Of a stretch of 64,000 bases of DNA, positions 18,471-27,243 are shown piece by piece. The DNA is from Deltaproteobacteria bacterium (GTDB taxonomy: Bacteria; JAMCPX01). The DNA is taken from assembly GCA_023381995.1 (NCBI GenBank), contig JAMCVD010000111.1, forward strand, positions 545 through 64,544, given 5' to 3'. The translations under genes and the position numbers were made by a program. The notes beneath the pieces were generated by a model that was not told the origin of the DNA, ran no database searches, and saw nothing but the letters and a program-made list of their open reading frames with translations. The stretch's first letter is position 1, and every line of letters begins with the position of its first letter.

Positions 18471-19781
18471 ATGGAACATACCGGCATCGGGGCCCTCCGG
18501 ACGAAGCGCTTGAAAAAAAAATGCAAAGACAGTACTACATACCTGATGACCGGTAAAATGAACAACAGTACCCTGAACCAACTGCTTGCGACCCTGTCGC
18601 TTATCATCGACTATCAGGGCGGCGAACAGCTTTATCATGCATGGCGCGTGGCGATAGTGGCGAAATATGTTTGCGATGAGATCAGCCCCGCGGAGTCCCA
18701 GTGGCTTTTTTACGCAGGTCTGCTCCATGACGTGGGTATAACTGGGATTGAAAGCCACCCTGCGCGGTATCCGGAGCTCGAGGAGTCGCACCTGTCATAC
18801 TGGCTCCGATACCATCCTGTGATAGGCGCAAATATCGTGGAGAAGATACCGGGCTTGAGCCGCGTTGCCCCATGGATAAGGGACCATCACGAATGGATCA
18901 ACGGTAAGGGCTTCCCTGCACACAAGAGAGAGCAGAGCATACATGTAAACAGCCAGATACTACGAGTGGCGGACGATTACGACCTGAGATTCAGGACCAG
19001 GGCCGGATTGACACGGTCCGACATGTACGAGTATTTCAGATCGCATGTAGGCACGGAATTCAGTCCTCATATGTGGGATGTGCTACGAAGGCTCAACAGC
19101 AAGGACATGGGGCTGTTTTTCTTCGAGGTAAACGACGAAAGCCGGCTGCCGTATAAGCTTAAGGAGATCATGCATGACCTCCCGGCCATCGATGGTACGG
19201 TGTCCGAGGATGTGTCCATAGATGTGATCCTCCGGGTGTTCGGCATAGTCATCGATGCCAGGCACCATTATACAGCCGGGCATTCCGAGAGGGTGAGAGA
19301 GTATTCTATGATCCTCTCGAAGCGGCTCGGGATAAAGGGGCATGAGTTGAAGAGCATAGCGAGGGCTGCATACCTCCATGACCTCGGCAAGATAGCCACC
19401 CCCCTTTCCATCCTTAATAAGGCAGGACCGCTGAATAAGTCGGAATGGAAGACGATGAGAAGGCATACGATCTATACGATGGAGCTGATAGACGCAGTAG
19501 AGGCGCTCTGGGAGCTGGGGCCCCTGGCCGGCTATTCGCAGGAGCGGTATGACGGCACGGGCTATCCGGACGGGCTCAAGGGAAGTGCGATACCCATGGG
19601 TGCAAGGATCATCGCGGTGGCCGACGCCATAGACGCGATAAAGACGAGGAGATCGTACAAGAGGGCGTTAAGCTGGCGCGTTGTTGTCAGAGAACTGAAA
19701 AAGAGCTCCGGAAGTATGTACGACCCGGAGATCATAGACCACGCGATTGACTATATTACGGAAGAAAAGCTGGCTCTATAG
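18471..19781 (+). CDS. Tandem HD / HD-GYP domain protein (putative c-di-GMP phosphodiesterase)
   Basis: Domain 1: HAWRVA...LLHDVG...DHHEWINGKGFP. Domain 2: HSERV...YLHDLGKIATP...ERYDGTGYPDGL. The exact start is uncertain. Confidence 0.85.
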   Translation: MEHTGIGALRTKRLKKKCKDSTTYLMTGKMNNSTLNQLLATLSLIIDYQGGEQLYHAWRVAIVAKYVCDEISPAESQWLFYAGLLHDVGITGIESHPARYPELEESHLSYWLRYHPVIGANIVEKIPGLSRVAPWIRDHHEWINGKGFPAHKREQSIHVNSQILRVADDYDLRFRTRAGLTRSDMYEYFRSHVGTEFSPHMWDVLRRLNSKDMGLFFFEVNDESRLPYKLKEIMHDLPAIDGTVSEDVSIDVILRVFGIVIDARHHYTAGHSERVREYSMILSKRLGIKGHELKSIARAAYLHDLGKIATPLSILNKAGPLNKSEWKTMRRHTIYTMELIDAVEALWELGPLAGYSQERYDGTGYPDGLKGSAIPMGARIIAVADAIDAIKTRRSYKRALSWRVVVRELKKSSGSMYDPEIIDHAIDYITEEKLAL

Positions 19782-19786
19782 ATGAG

Positions 19787-20287
19787 TTAGCCTGGCCGTG
19801 GTAATGGGCCCTCCAGCATGTCCATGTTCCTGACATGCTCGATCCTCCCGTCCCTCGTCAGGAAGACTACCTCTTTTATCCGTGCGTTGCGGATCATGCG
19901 CCTGCAGAGGAGGCACGGCTTCCCGTCTGCAAACACCGGCTCCTCGACCTCGATCCCTGCGATATAGATCGTTGCGTCTTTCATTCTGTCTGGTGTGCCG
20001 TTGATGATTGCGTTCTGCTCGGCATGGACGCCCTCGCAGAGCTCATAGCGCTCTCCGGAGGGCACATGGAGGTCCTTCCGCTTGCACCTGTTGACGTCCG
20101 AACAATTGGTCATGCCTCTCGGGGAGCCGTTGTATCCGGTGCTGATGATCACGTCGTCCTTTACTATGACGGCGCCGTACATCCTCCGTATGCAGGTGGA
20201 GCGCGAGGAGACCACCTTCGCAATCTCTATGAAATACTCGTCCCAGCACGGCCTTTTGTGTGCCTTTTTGTCTTTCCTCCGGTCCAT
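19787..20287 (-). CDS. dCMP deaminase (ComEB-type cytidine/deoxycytidylate deaminase)
   Basis: HAEQNAI and PCLLCRRMI zinc motifs. Start taken at MDRRKDKK; the track start at 20308 is also possible. Confidence 0.85.
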   Translation of the reverse strand: MDRRKDKKAHKRPCWDEYFIEIAKVVSSRSTCIRRMYGAVIVKDDVIISTGYNGSPRGMTNCSDVNRCKRKDLHVPSGERYELCEGVHAEQNAIINGTPDRMKDATIYIAGIEVEEPVFADGKPCLLCRRMIRNARIKEVVFLTRDGRIEHVRNMDMLEGPLPRPG

Positions 20288-20588
20288 CCTGAAACGAAAA
20301 ACAATCATATCGCTGGCCGTATGTCAATCAAAAGCTTCATAAATACACAAGGTATAGGACCTGAAACGTCCTTATACCCATATGTCGTGGCATGCTGTTT
20401 CCCGATGGGAGAGATGCCGCCGCAGAACGGCTTGACAGTTTCCCGAAGATCGTTTATGCCAAAGGTACTATGTATCGAAAGTTGATCGAAGGGGTCGGGG
20501 AGATCGGGTGCAGAGATGGCCTTTCCGCGGACGTCCTTATCGGAGGTTCGGGGTCAGCAATGCCCTCTGTCCGGATTGACACACACAC

Positions 20589-22010
20589 ATGCGCGAAGGA
20601 ATAAAGGCCGGCAATGTACTCTGTCTCTACCCCTATGTAAAAGAGGTACCCATTTACGAGTTTTTCCCGCCCATCGGCCTCGAGTATGTAGCGACCGCGG
20701 TGAGCGATATGGTCGAGAGCATAAGGATCGTGGATTCCCGGTATGTCAAAGATCCGATAAGCCATTTTACCCCCTCTGTCGATACCGCCCTTGTGAGCGT
20801 GAACTGGAACTACACATACGATGAGGTGTGCGAGATGATACGTCGGATCCCGGCCCATATCAGGATCGTCGTCGGAGGGAGGCAGGCCACCGACTGCGTC
20901 GAGGACCTGTTCCAGAGGTGTCCGAACATATCGATAATCGTGAGAGGGGAGGGCGAGGCGACCGCCAGGGACCTTTTCAGCGGGAGACCGCTGGAAGAGG
21001 TAAAGGGGATATCGTACGTTGATAACGGGAAAGTCGTCCATAATGAGCCCAGGCCCCTGCCTTCTCTCAACAGCCTTAAAAGCCCGGACAGGAAGCTCAG
21101 GACAACGATATACCGTGCCACCATAAGAGGCATCGATCTTGGAGTGGGGTTCGATGCCATCATGAGCTCCCGCGGGTGTCCGTACAACTGTAAATTCTGT
21201 ACCTTCAAGCTCAACCCACTCGGACAGATGCGGAAGTGGGAGGCCAGGACCCCGGAATCCACGGTCCGGGAGATCGAGGCCATCGATGCTGATTTTATCG
21301 CGTTCGTAGACGACAATTTTACCGCCGATATGAACAGGGTCGAGAGGATCTGCGACCTCATCATCTCACAAGGCATAAAGAAGATGTTTTTGTGCAACGT
21401 AAGGATCGACATCGCCCGCAGGCCTGCACTGGTCGAGAAGATGAAGAAGGCGGGATTCAAGATCCTCATGGTGGGACTGGAGTCCGCACAGGACAGGTCG
21501 CTGGTGGCACTGCAGAAAGGCTTCAAGACGGACAGGGTGAGAGAGGCGTTCAAGGTCCTGTCAAAATCAGGCATGCTTATCAACGGATATTTTATTGTCG
21601 GGATCATCGGCGAGGTCGAAGACGAGATGCTTATGATCTCGAAGTATGCCCGAGAGATAGGAATAGACTTCATATCGTTAAGCAGGCTCAGGTGGGAGAA
21701 ATTCTCTCCGCTGGAGGACGTCGTCAAGGCTACCCCCGGCTATTACATAGGGAAGGACAACGGCATATACTCAGAGAAGTACGGAAGAAAAGAGCTGACC
21801 GCGATACTGAAGAGGATCGATCACGATTTTTACACCCCGGGTCAGGTCAAGCAGATCGCCGGGAAGGCGTTGAGGCTCGGTGTTCTTACACCCCGCCGCC
21901 TGTTGAGGCTCCTGTACTATGTGCCGTACATTCTCTTGAAGACAAACGCGAGCAAGCGGAGGCTCAGGAGGGTGATGAGAACGATAAAAAAAGAGAATGT
22001 TCCTGGATAG
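20589..22010 (+). CDS. B12-binding-domain radical SAM protein
   Basis: N-terminal cobalamin-binding-like domain followed by SSRGCPYNCKFCTF (CxxxCxxC). Confidence 0.85.
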   Translation: MREGIKAGNVLCLYPYVKEVPIYEFFPPIGLEYVATAVSDMVESIRIVDSRYVKDPISHFTPSVDTALVSVNWNYTYDEVCEMIRRIPAHIRIVVGGRQATDCVEDLFQRCPNISIIVRGEGEATARDLFSGRPLEEVKGISYVDNGKVVHNEPRPLPSLNSLKSPDRKLRTTIYRATIRGIDLGVGFDAIMSSRGCPYNCKFCTFKLNPLGQMRKWEARTPESTVREIEAIDADFIAFVDDNFTADMNRVERICDLIISQGIKKMFLCNVRIDIARRPALVEKMKKAGFKILMVGLESAQDRSLVALQKGFKTDRVREAFKVLSKSGMLINGYFIVGIIGEVEDEMLMISKYAREIGIDFISLSRLRWEKFSPLEDVVKATPGYYIGKDNGIYSEKYGRKELTAILKRIDHDFYTPGQVKQIAGKALRLGVLTPRRLLRLLYYVPYILLKTNASKRRLRRVMRTIKKENVPG

Positions 22011-22120
22011 GATGTCATCGAGATATCGAAATGGCATAAAAAGAGAGCAGTATAACAGGACAGTAACCGTACGTAGTGCTTTGCAGGTCGATGTAGGCTT
22101 TGTATTTTCATGTGTAGGAA

Positions 22121-22345
22121 GTGAACATGTCTGAAGATACAGGGAGAAAGACCATGTCTCCGGGACAGAGGATAAGGCTTGTAAGGGGAGCAAGGACGCA
22201 AGCTGAGTTCGCACTGCTTATCGGAAAGCACAAGGACGACGTGATCAGGTATGAGGCCGACATCAATGCCCCGTCTTTGCTCACCCTGTCGAAGATAGCC
22301 GGAATTGGCAATGTGACGGTCGAATGGCTGCTTCACGGCAAATGA
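22121..22345 (+). CDS. XRE-family helix-turn-helix transcriptional regulator
   Basis: GQRIRLVRGARTQAEFALLIGKHKDDVIRYE...PSLLTLSKIA; 74 aa. Confidence 0.75.
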   Translation: MNMSEDTGRKTMSPGQRIRLVRGARTQAEFALLIGKHKDDVIRYEADINAPSLLTLSKIAGIGNVTVEWLLHGK

Positions 22346-22483
22346 TTTTGTGGCTCCCGCCTTTTTCATGGGTCCGGCGTGGAGGTCTTGGATCAACCCG
22401 AATCCCGGGGTGATCGCAATTTGATCACTGCAGGTCGATCCGATGGTCTCACGAACGGCCACGTAGTGGGGAAACAACATAGT

Positions 22484-22499
22484 TAATTATGCATAATTA
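22484..22499. promoter_or_regulatory. Perfect 16-bp palindrome TAATTATGCATAATTA (candidate operator)
   Basis: Read directly from the sequence. It lies in an AT-rich spacer downstream of the XRE gene. No function has been shown. Confidence 0.3.
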
Positions 22500-22650
22500 T
22501 GTATCACAATTATCTTACCTATACTCCAATACCGATGTCATCTATACATAAAATATCCCTCATGTAACGCTTAAATCGATCAGCCAGGCATTATATGCTG
22601 CTGATACGGGGGGGTATATACCGTCTAAACCAGATCGCCTTCGGAAATGG

Positions 22651-22889
22651 GGTTCCTCTCCCCTTTGTGATCATGAAGAAAGAGTTTTCTCCTCTGCTCG
22701 TAAAACAAAGCTCTTTTCGGTAAAGGGGGTTACGACCCATAACGTCTCCGTATTTCCATAGCGAGAGAGAAGCAGTCCACGCAGCGTACCACGGAAGCAT
22801 TGCAGGCAGTCCGGATGTGTTTCCCTTCGCAGTGTCGAAAACTCTTTCTTTTTGTTCTATCAGTCCCATGATCACTTTTGGGATAAGAG
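22651..22889. repeat. 239-nt repeat family, copy 1
   Basis: Aligns without indels to 28750-28988 (8 differences) and 55210-55448 (6 differences). The flanks are unrelated. All three copies are co-oriented. Confidence 0.9.
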
Positions 22890-23139
22890 CCGAATATGAA
22901 TGTTTTAAAAGAGCGAACCGGTGCCAATTTGTCACCAGTTCATTTTTTTCATACTTTGTCAGTTTAAACATAAACTCTTTTGGGAATCTTTCTCTATTCC
23001 TTTTAACTTGTCTATTAAGGTGTTTTGTTTCCACGCCATAAAGGATAGCCAGATCCCGATCCAGCATTACCTTCTGTCCCCGGATTAATAAAATCTTCTG
23101 CTCTATCGTTTCGACCGGAACAAGTGCCTTTGTTTCCAT
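22890..23139 (-). pseudogene. ORF6N (KilA-N-like) domain gene, 3'-truncated at the repeat boundary
   Basis: METKALVPVETIEQKILLIRGQKVMLDRDLAILYGVETKHLNRQVKRNRERFPKEFMFKLT... is a typical ORF6N N-terminus. The expected continuation (PYAFTE...) is replaced by repeat sequence. Confidence 0.6.
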
Positions 23140-23409
23140 GATTCCTCCAAACTAAATACCATACATTTATTTATACGCTATTAAGTCGTATGCGGATAGC
23201 GTTGCAGTAATTCAGGATCATCAAGTCCACCAACATTACTGGCACCATTCAAATCAAGTAAACATACTGTTAACTATGTTTCCAGTGCTTGCTTTAGTCT
23301 TGATTCCTTAGCTGTTTTGGATCAAATTCAAGGCAGGGTGATCACAATAGGGGATCACAGTGGTGAAATCCAATGACGAAAAGAAACCCTAACTCGTTGA
23401 AAAATAAAA

Positions 23410-23483
<74 letters not shown>

Positions 23484-23588
23484 TCAAGAATATCGATTAT
23501 AGACAATTACTGCGGTATGTCAAGCATTAAACAAGCCCCTCCTGTTCCACTCGATATTTTACCCAATATTTTGCCCGACATTTTACTA

Positions 23589-23617
23589 TTGACATAATCC
23601 ATCAAGTAAAGTAAACT
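23589..23617 (+). promoter_or_regulatory. Candidate sigma70-type promoter for the PKD/LVIVD gene
   Basis: TTGACA (23589-23594), 17-nt spacer, TAAACT (23612-23617). Confidence 0.3.
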
Positions 23618-23636
23618 ATGCCGAGAGGTGATACTT

Positions 23637-26600
23637 ATGAGGGGAAGCGGGAAACATCGTGCATCGAAATGGCTCGGGGTCTCAGCGGGTCTATTGTTGT
23701 ACGCGGTCTTTTCATTCTCGGGCTGCAGTTCCTGCAGCAAGAAACCGCCGCATCCCGCACCGGGCAAACCGCCCATCATCGACAGCTTTACAGTAACAAG
23801 CGGCGGCCAGATTACCAACAGCAGCTATATCCCTTTCTCCGCAGCTGCTCCGCTCACGGCCTTTACCTTTACCGTGGTCGCCCACTCCCCGTCACCACAG
23901 ACACCGATCGTCTCATACGAGTGGAGCTTCATGGACGATCAGTACGGCAACCCGAACTTTATCCTGACGACGACGTCCCCGACAGCGGCCTACACCTATA
24001 CCCAGACAAACAGCTATCTCGTTACGGTACGCGTCACGGATAGCAAGGGCAATTTTACCGACAGCACCAATTGCAACGATGCTGTCGGGACAGGTTGTCT
24101 GTTGAGTATTTATCCGAGGACCTTGATCTCCCTCCTCCTCGTCCCCACGACCTCCCTGTACAACCCTGTGCCCTTGCAGGTATCCGTCCAGGCGAAGGTG
24201 GTCCCGACGACTCCGGGGGCGTCCGTGAGCCGATACGAGTGGGACTGCGGCAACGGTACCGTGTTCACGGACACCGACCCTGCCACGTTCACGTACCAGG
24301 ACCCCTACACAATAAACCTCGGCACCTGTACCTACGATAGCATAGGCACGTACACCCTTACAGCCAAAGTAACGGACTCCCTCGGATACTTCACCTCGGC
24401 GTCCCTCCAGGCTACAGGAGAGGTCAGCATAGCCCCCCTGTCCATGTACCAGCTCGACGGCCAGGGGTACAACGTCACGTTCAAGAACAACTATGCCTAT
24501 CTTGCGGACGGTACGGCAGGCCTCAAGATCATCGACATGTCCAATCCGTCCTCTCCCGTGCTCATCGGCAGATACTGGGACCCCTACGCCCTGCCTGTCT
24601 ACGGGTGCTCCCCGTTCGGCTCGTACCTGTACTGCGCATGGAAGACGACCGTCTATATATTCGATATATCGGACCCTGCCTCTCCGCGCCTGGTCTCGAG
24701 GGCCGATAAGCCGCCGGGAGTGCAGCAGTTCAAGGACGTGGAAAAGGTGATCGTGACCGATATAAGCGGAACGGACTATCTGTTCGCCCCGGACCGCCAA
24801 TCAGGCACGATCTCTATCTTCGACCTGAGCAATTTCCTGAGCTATTTTTCCCAGCCCACGTGGATAACGGACACCGCGCCGATCTGGATACCCGGTTCCC
24901 CTACGCCAGCGGGCGTCTACGACATGTTCATTACCTCGACGACGGGTGTGAACCCCACATACTATGCCTATGTTGCCGCGTATACCGGCGGCTTTGCCAT
25001 CTACAACGTGTCCGATCCAACGAACATCACGGGGACCACCGGGTACATGTATCCCATCAATTATCCCTCGACCCCTTATGACGGGTATACAGGGGTCACG
25101 CTTACCGATACGAACTATGCCTACATCGCAGATAGTATATATGGGGTCCTGCTTGTCGACGTGAGCGATCCTACCAACCCGCATTTCGACGGTCTGGGAA
25201 TCCCGATTATGTCAGGAACACCACAGGGCATAACCGGCATCTGGGCAACAGACACGACGGTGTATCTCGCTGCAACTATATCTTCAAAGGGCTATCTCTA
25301 CACCTGCACCACGACGTGGAGCAGCCCGCCGTCTATCTCCTGTGCATCTTCTGTGCAGTTAGCGCCGGTCAACCAGGCAAACGGGATCGCCGGAGGGATG
25401 ATCGGCCCGAACATCTATGCATTCGTTGCCAACCAGGAGGGCCTCAATGTCTTTACCGCGGCGACCGGCTATACGCCGACGCCCGTGTCTTTCTACATGT
25501 CAAGCGGCCATACCAGCCGGGTCAGGATAACCGATCTCCTCGCAGACGGATTCAGCTACACGGCGCTTGTCTCGAACTATTATCGGCAGAGCAATTCCTC
25601 CAACGGACTGAGCGGCGGTGCCGTGGATGTCGTAGGCTACGGCTTTACACAGGGCATGCAGCCAACGTTCCTGTCCCGGCTCACGGCGCCCACGGACACC
25701 CACGGTACAGCGGTCACACAGACCACGCTCGAGGGCTATCCTATGACCGTGGGCGCTGTTGCAGGCGGCATCTACGTGTACCTGTTCGATCTGACGAACC
25801 CGGCCTCGCCGGTACCCATAAACCAGACACTGCCGAACCTGCAGGAAAGCTGGTATGACAGTATAAACAATACAGCTTCGCCACCATACAACAACACTGA
25901 ACAGTACGACAGGCTTTATTTCTCTGACCCCGGCCACTTTATCGTGGGCGATGCGGCCCAGTTGGGAGCATACAGCGTCCTTATCCCGGACGCATTCATC
26001 ACGCCGACATCCTATACGCTCTATGGATACCCAAGCATTATGGGCACGACGTCAAGCGATCTCTGCATCGACCCGTTTACCAGCAGCGTGATATTGGTCA
26101 TGGGCGCCACATTCTCATCAGGGGGCGGAGGCTCGTATGCGGCCGTGGATGCGTACGACAGAACAACAGCCACCTTTCTGAGCCAGGTCAACCTTGGCTA
26201 TCCAGACGTCTCAAACCTCTCGGAGCTCTCCATGTACTGCGGCACCAGCTATATATACGCAACGACCGGGTCAACGCTCTGGGTCATCGACTATTCGAAC
26301 ATCGCCAGCCCGAGGGTCGTGGGCTCGCTTACCCCATCGTCCAACATACGTATGACCGGGATCAAGGTCATAGACCACATAGGATTTGCGAGCTACCACA
26401 CCGCTGCGATCGATGCCAATTGTAGCGGCGGCACCGATAATGGCGGCAAATCCGGCGGCTTCCTCGTGTTCGATATAAGGAACCCGTCGAACATAGGCAT
26501 ACTGGGCAGCATGAACTGGGCGTCCCTGAGCATGACCTTCCCGCAGGACGACGACTGCCTCTACTCGACCGACCTCGACGCATTCAGGGGCCCGGACGGG

Positions 26601-26666
26601 AACGACTACGTCCTGCTTGCCAGCCCACACAGGGCAATCGCGTTCAGGGTATCCGGACTGCCGTAG
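23637..26666 (+). CDS. Large surface lipoprotein: two PKD domains followed by an LVIVD-repeat beta-propeller region
   Basis: Lipobox FSFSGC. PKD-like blocks YEWSFMDD...YLVTVRVTDSKGNF and YEWDCGNGT...YTLTAKVTDSLGYF. At least 6 LVIVD-type repeats (e.g. AYLADGTAGLKIIDMSNPSSP, GVLLVDVSDPTNP, LWVIDYSNIASP, GFLVFDIRNPSN). ATG 23637 follows GAGAGG. Confidence 0.8.
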   Translation: MRGSGKHRASKWLGVSAGLLLYAVFSFSGCSSCSKKPPHPAPGKPPIIDSFTVTSGGQITNSSYIPFSAAAPLTAFTFTVVAHSPSPQTPIVSYEWSFMDDQYGNPNFILTTTSPTAAYTYTQTNSYLVTVRVTDSKGNFTDSTNCNDAVGTGCLLSIYPRTLISLLLVPTTSLYNPVPLQVSVQAKVVPTTPGASVSRYEWDCGNGTVFTDTDPATFTYQDPYTINLGTCTYDSIGTYTLTAKVTDSLGYFTSASLQATGEVSIAPLSMYQLDGQGYNVTFKNNYAYLADGTAGLKIIDMSNPSSPVLIGRYWDPYALPVYGCSPFGSYLYCAWKTTVYIFDISDPASPRLVSRADKPPGVQQFKDVEKVIVTDISGTDYLFAPDRQSGTISIFDLSNFLSYFSQPTWITDTAPIWIPGSPTPAGVYDMFITSTTGVNPTYYAYVAAYTGGFAIYNVSDPTNITGTTGYMYPINYPSTPYDGYTGVTLTDTNYAYIADSIYGVLLVDVSDPTNPHFDGLGIPIMSGTPQGITGIWATDTTVYLAATISSKGYLYTCTTTWSSPPSISCASSVQLAPVNQANGIAGGMIGPNIYAFVANQEGLNVFTAATGYTPTPVSFYMSSGHTSRVRITDLLADGFSYTALVSNYYRQSNSSNGLSGGAVDVVGYGFTQGMQPTFLSRLTAPTDTHGTAVTQTTLEGYPMTVGAVAGGIYVYLFDLTNPASPVPINQTLPNLQESWYDSINNTASPPYNNTEQYDRLYFSDPGHFIVGDAAQLGAYSVLIPDAFITPTSYTLYGYPSIMGTTSSDLCIDPFTSSVILVMGATFSSGGGGSYAAVDAYDRTTATFLSQVNLGYPDVSNLSELSMYCGTSYIYATTGSTLWVIDYSNIASPRVVGSLTPSSNIRMTGIKVIDHIGFASYHTAAIDANCSGGTDNGGKSGGFLVFDIRNPSNIGILGSMNWASLSMTFPQDDDCLYSTDLDAFRGPDGNDYVLLASPHRAIAFRVSGLP

Positions 26667-26756
26667 GTCACGTAAAAAGTTAAAAATCAGAAAATGCAGT
26701 TTATAGGTATAAGAAGGAGGGTATATGATGCTGAGACGCATATGGCAGATACACAG

Positions 26757-27150
26757 GTGTCAAGCGACATTGAAAAGTGATCAAGAAAACGACACGAAAA
26801 GTGTACCACCCGAGCCATTAAAAACTCCCTTTTCTCCTGATTTCACCCCATGCCAGGGTATCAACCACCTCCCGATCGTTTGGCAATGAGGCTTTTAGAA
26901 AGCCGTTTTTCGACTTTCTGACGTCAATCGTACCACCCCAGCCTGTCTGGGGTATGTGTGCCTTCATAGTCATTGTTTCGTAGACTCCACGTGTTCTGAA
27001 GCCATTTTCCCCTTCGACTGCCAGCTCTGCCCTTTCATGTTGACGATGATGCTGTGATGCAGGAGCCGGTCCAACAGCGCACTGACGATGATCGGGTCTT
27101 CGAACAGCTCTGTCCGCTCCGCAAAGGCCTTGTTGCTTGTAATGACCAAA
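26757..27150 (-). mobile_element. IS21-family remnant: last ~59 codons of istB plus the putative right end
   Basis: The minus-strand frame at 27147..26970 reads VITSNKAFAERTELFEDPIIVSALLDRLLHHSIIVNMKGQSWQSKGK..., the conserved IstB C-terminus. The downstream region carries two GGTGGTAC repeats. istA and the istB 5' part are absent. Confidence 0.5.
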
Positions 27151-27243
27151 GGGCAAGAATGGGGTTGCCCAATATCTTAAATATCTTATAACTTTATACG
27201 TTTTTGTAGGGGCAATTCATGAATCGCCCCTACATTAAAGTTT

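Noticed and set aside
20309-20588. A cobalamin riboswitch upstream of the B12-binding radical SAM gene, and hairpin GGTATAGGAC...GTCCTTATACC at about 20351-20379.
   Set aside because: I could find no B12-box-like or GGGAA...GGTGAAA-type conserved core. The hairpin alone, with one bulge, has no assignable role.
22391-22420. The sequence GATCAACCCGAATCCCGGGGTGATCGC as a tRNA 3'-end-like att remnant marking the far island boundary.
   Set aside because: It does not match the 3' end of the adjacent tRNA-Met (GGTTCAAATCCTTCCCCCGCTA), and its T-loop-like segment is degenerate.
22651-22889. The repeat family as a diversity-generating retroelement TR/VR pair.
   Set aside because: There is no reverse transcriptase in the window. 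The differences between copies are not adenine-specific (they include G>U, G>A, A>G, U>G and C>U). The copies are not at the 3' ends of target genes.
22591-23139. Track ORFs 22591..23139, 28321..28974 and 53842..55461 taken as intact proteins sharing a conserved domain (IPKVIMGLIEQKERVFDTAKG...ITKGRGT).
   Set aside because: The shared block is the 239-nt repeat. Its substitutions are mostly nonsynonymous (5:1 and 5:3). The block is fused to three unrelated contexts, and two of the downstream genes have their own start signals right after it.
26780-26800. An 11-nt match AAAAGTGATCA shared by the IS21 remnant end region and the repeat terminus, suggesting the repeat is an IS21-derived MITE.
   Set aside because: The match is in opposite relative orientation and the sequences diverge completely beyond the 11-mer. 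That is too little to link them. It is worth rechecking if a full IS copy is found.
27206-27233. Hairpin GTAGGGGC-12 nt-GCCCCTAC just past the Cys-rich lipoprotein stop, as an intrinsic terminator.
   Set aside because: On the transcribed (minus) strand the stem is followed by AAAAA, not a U-tract. On the plus strand the T-run precedes the stem. It may still pause or stabilise RNA, but it is not a canonical terminator.
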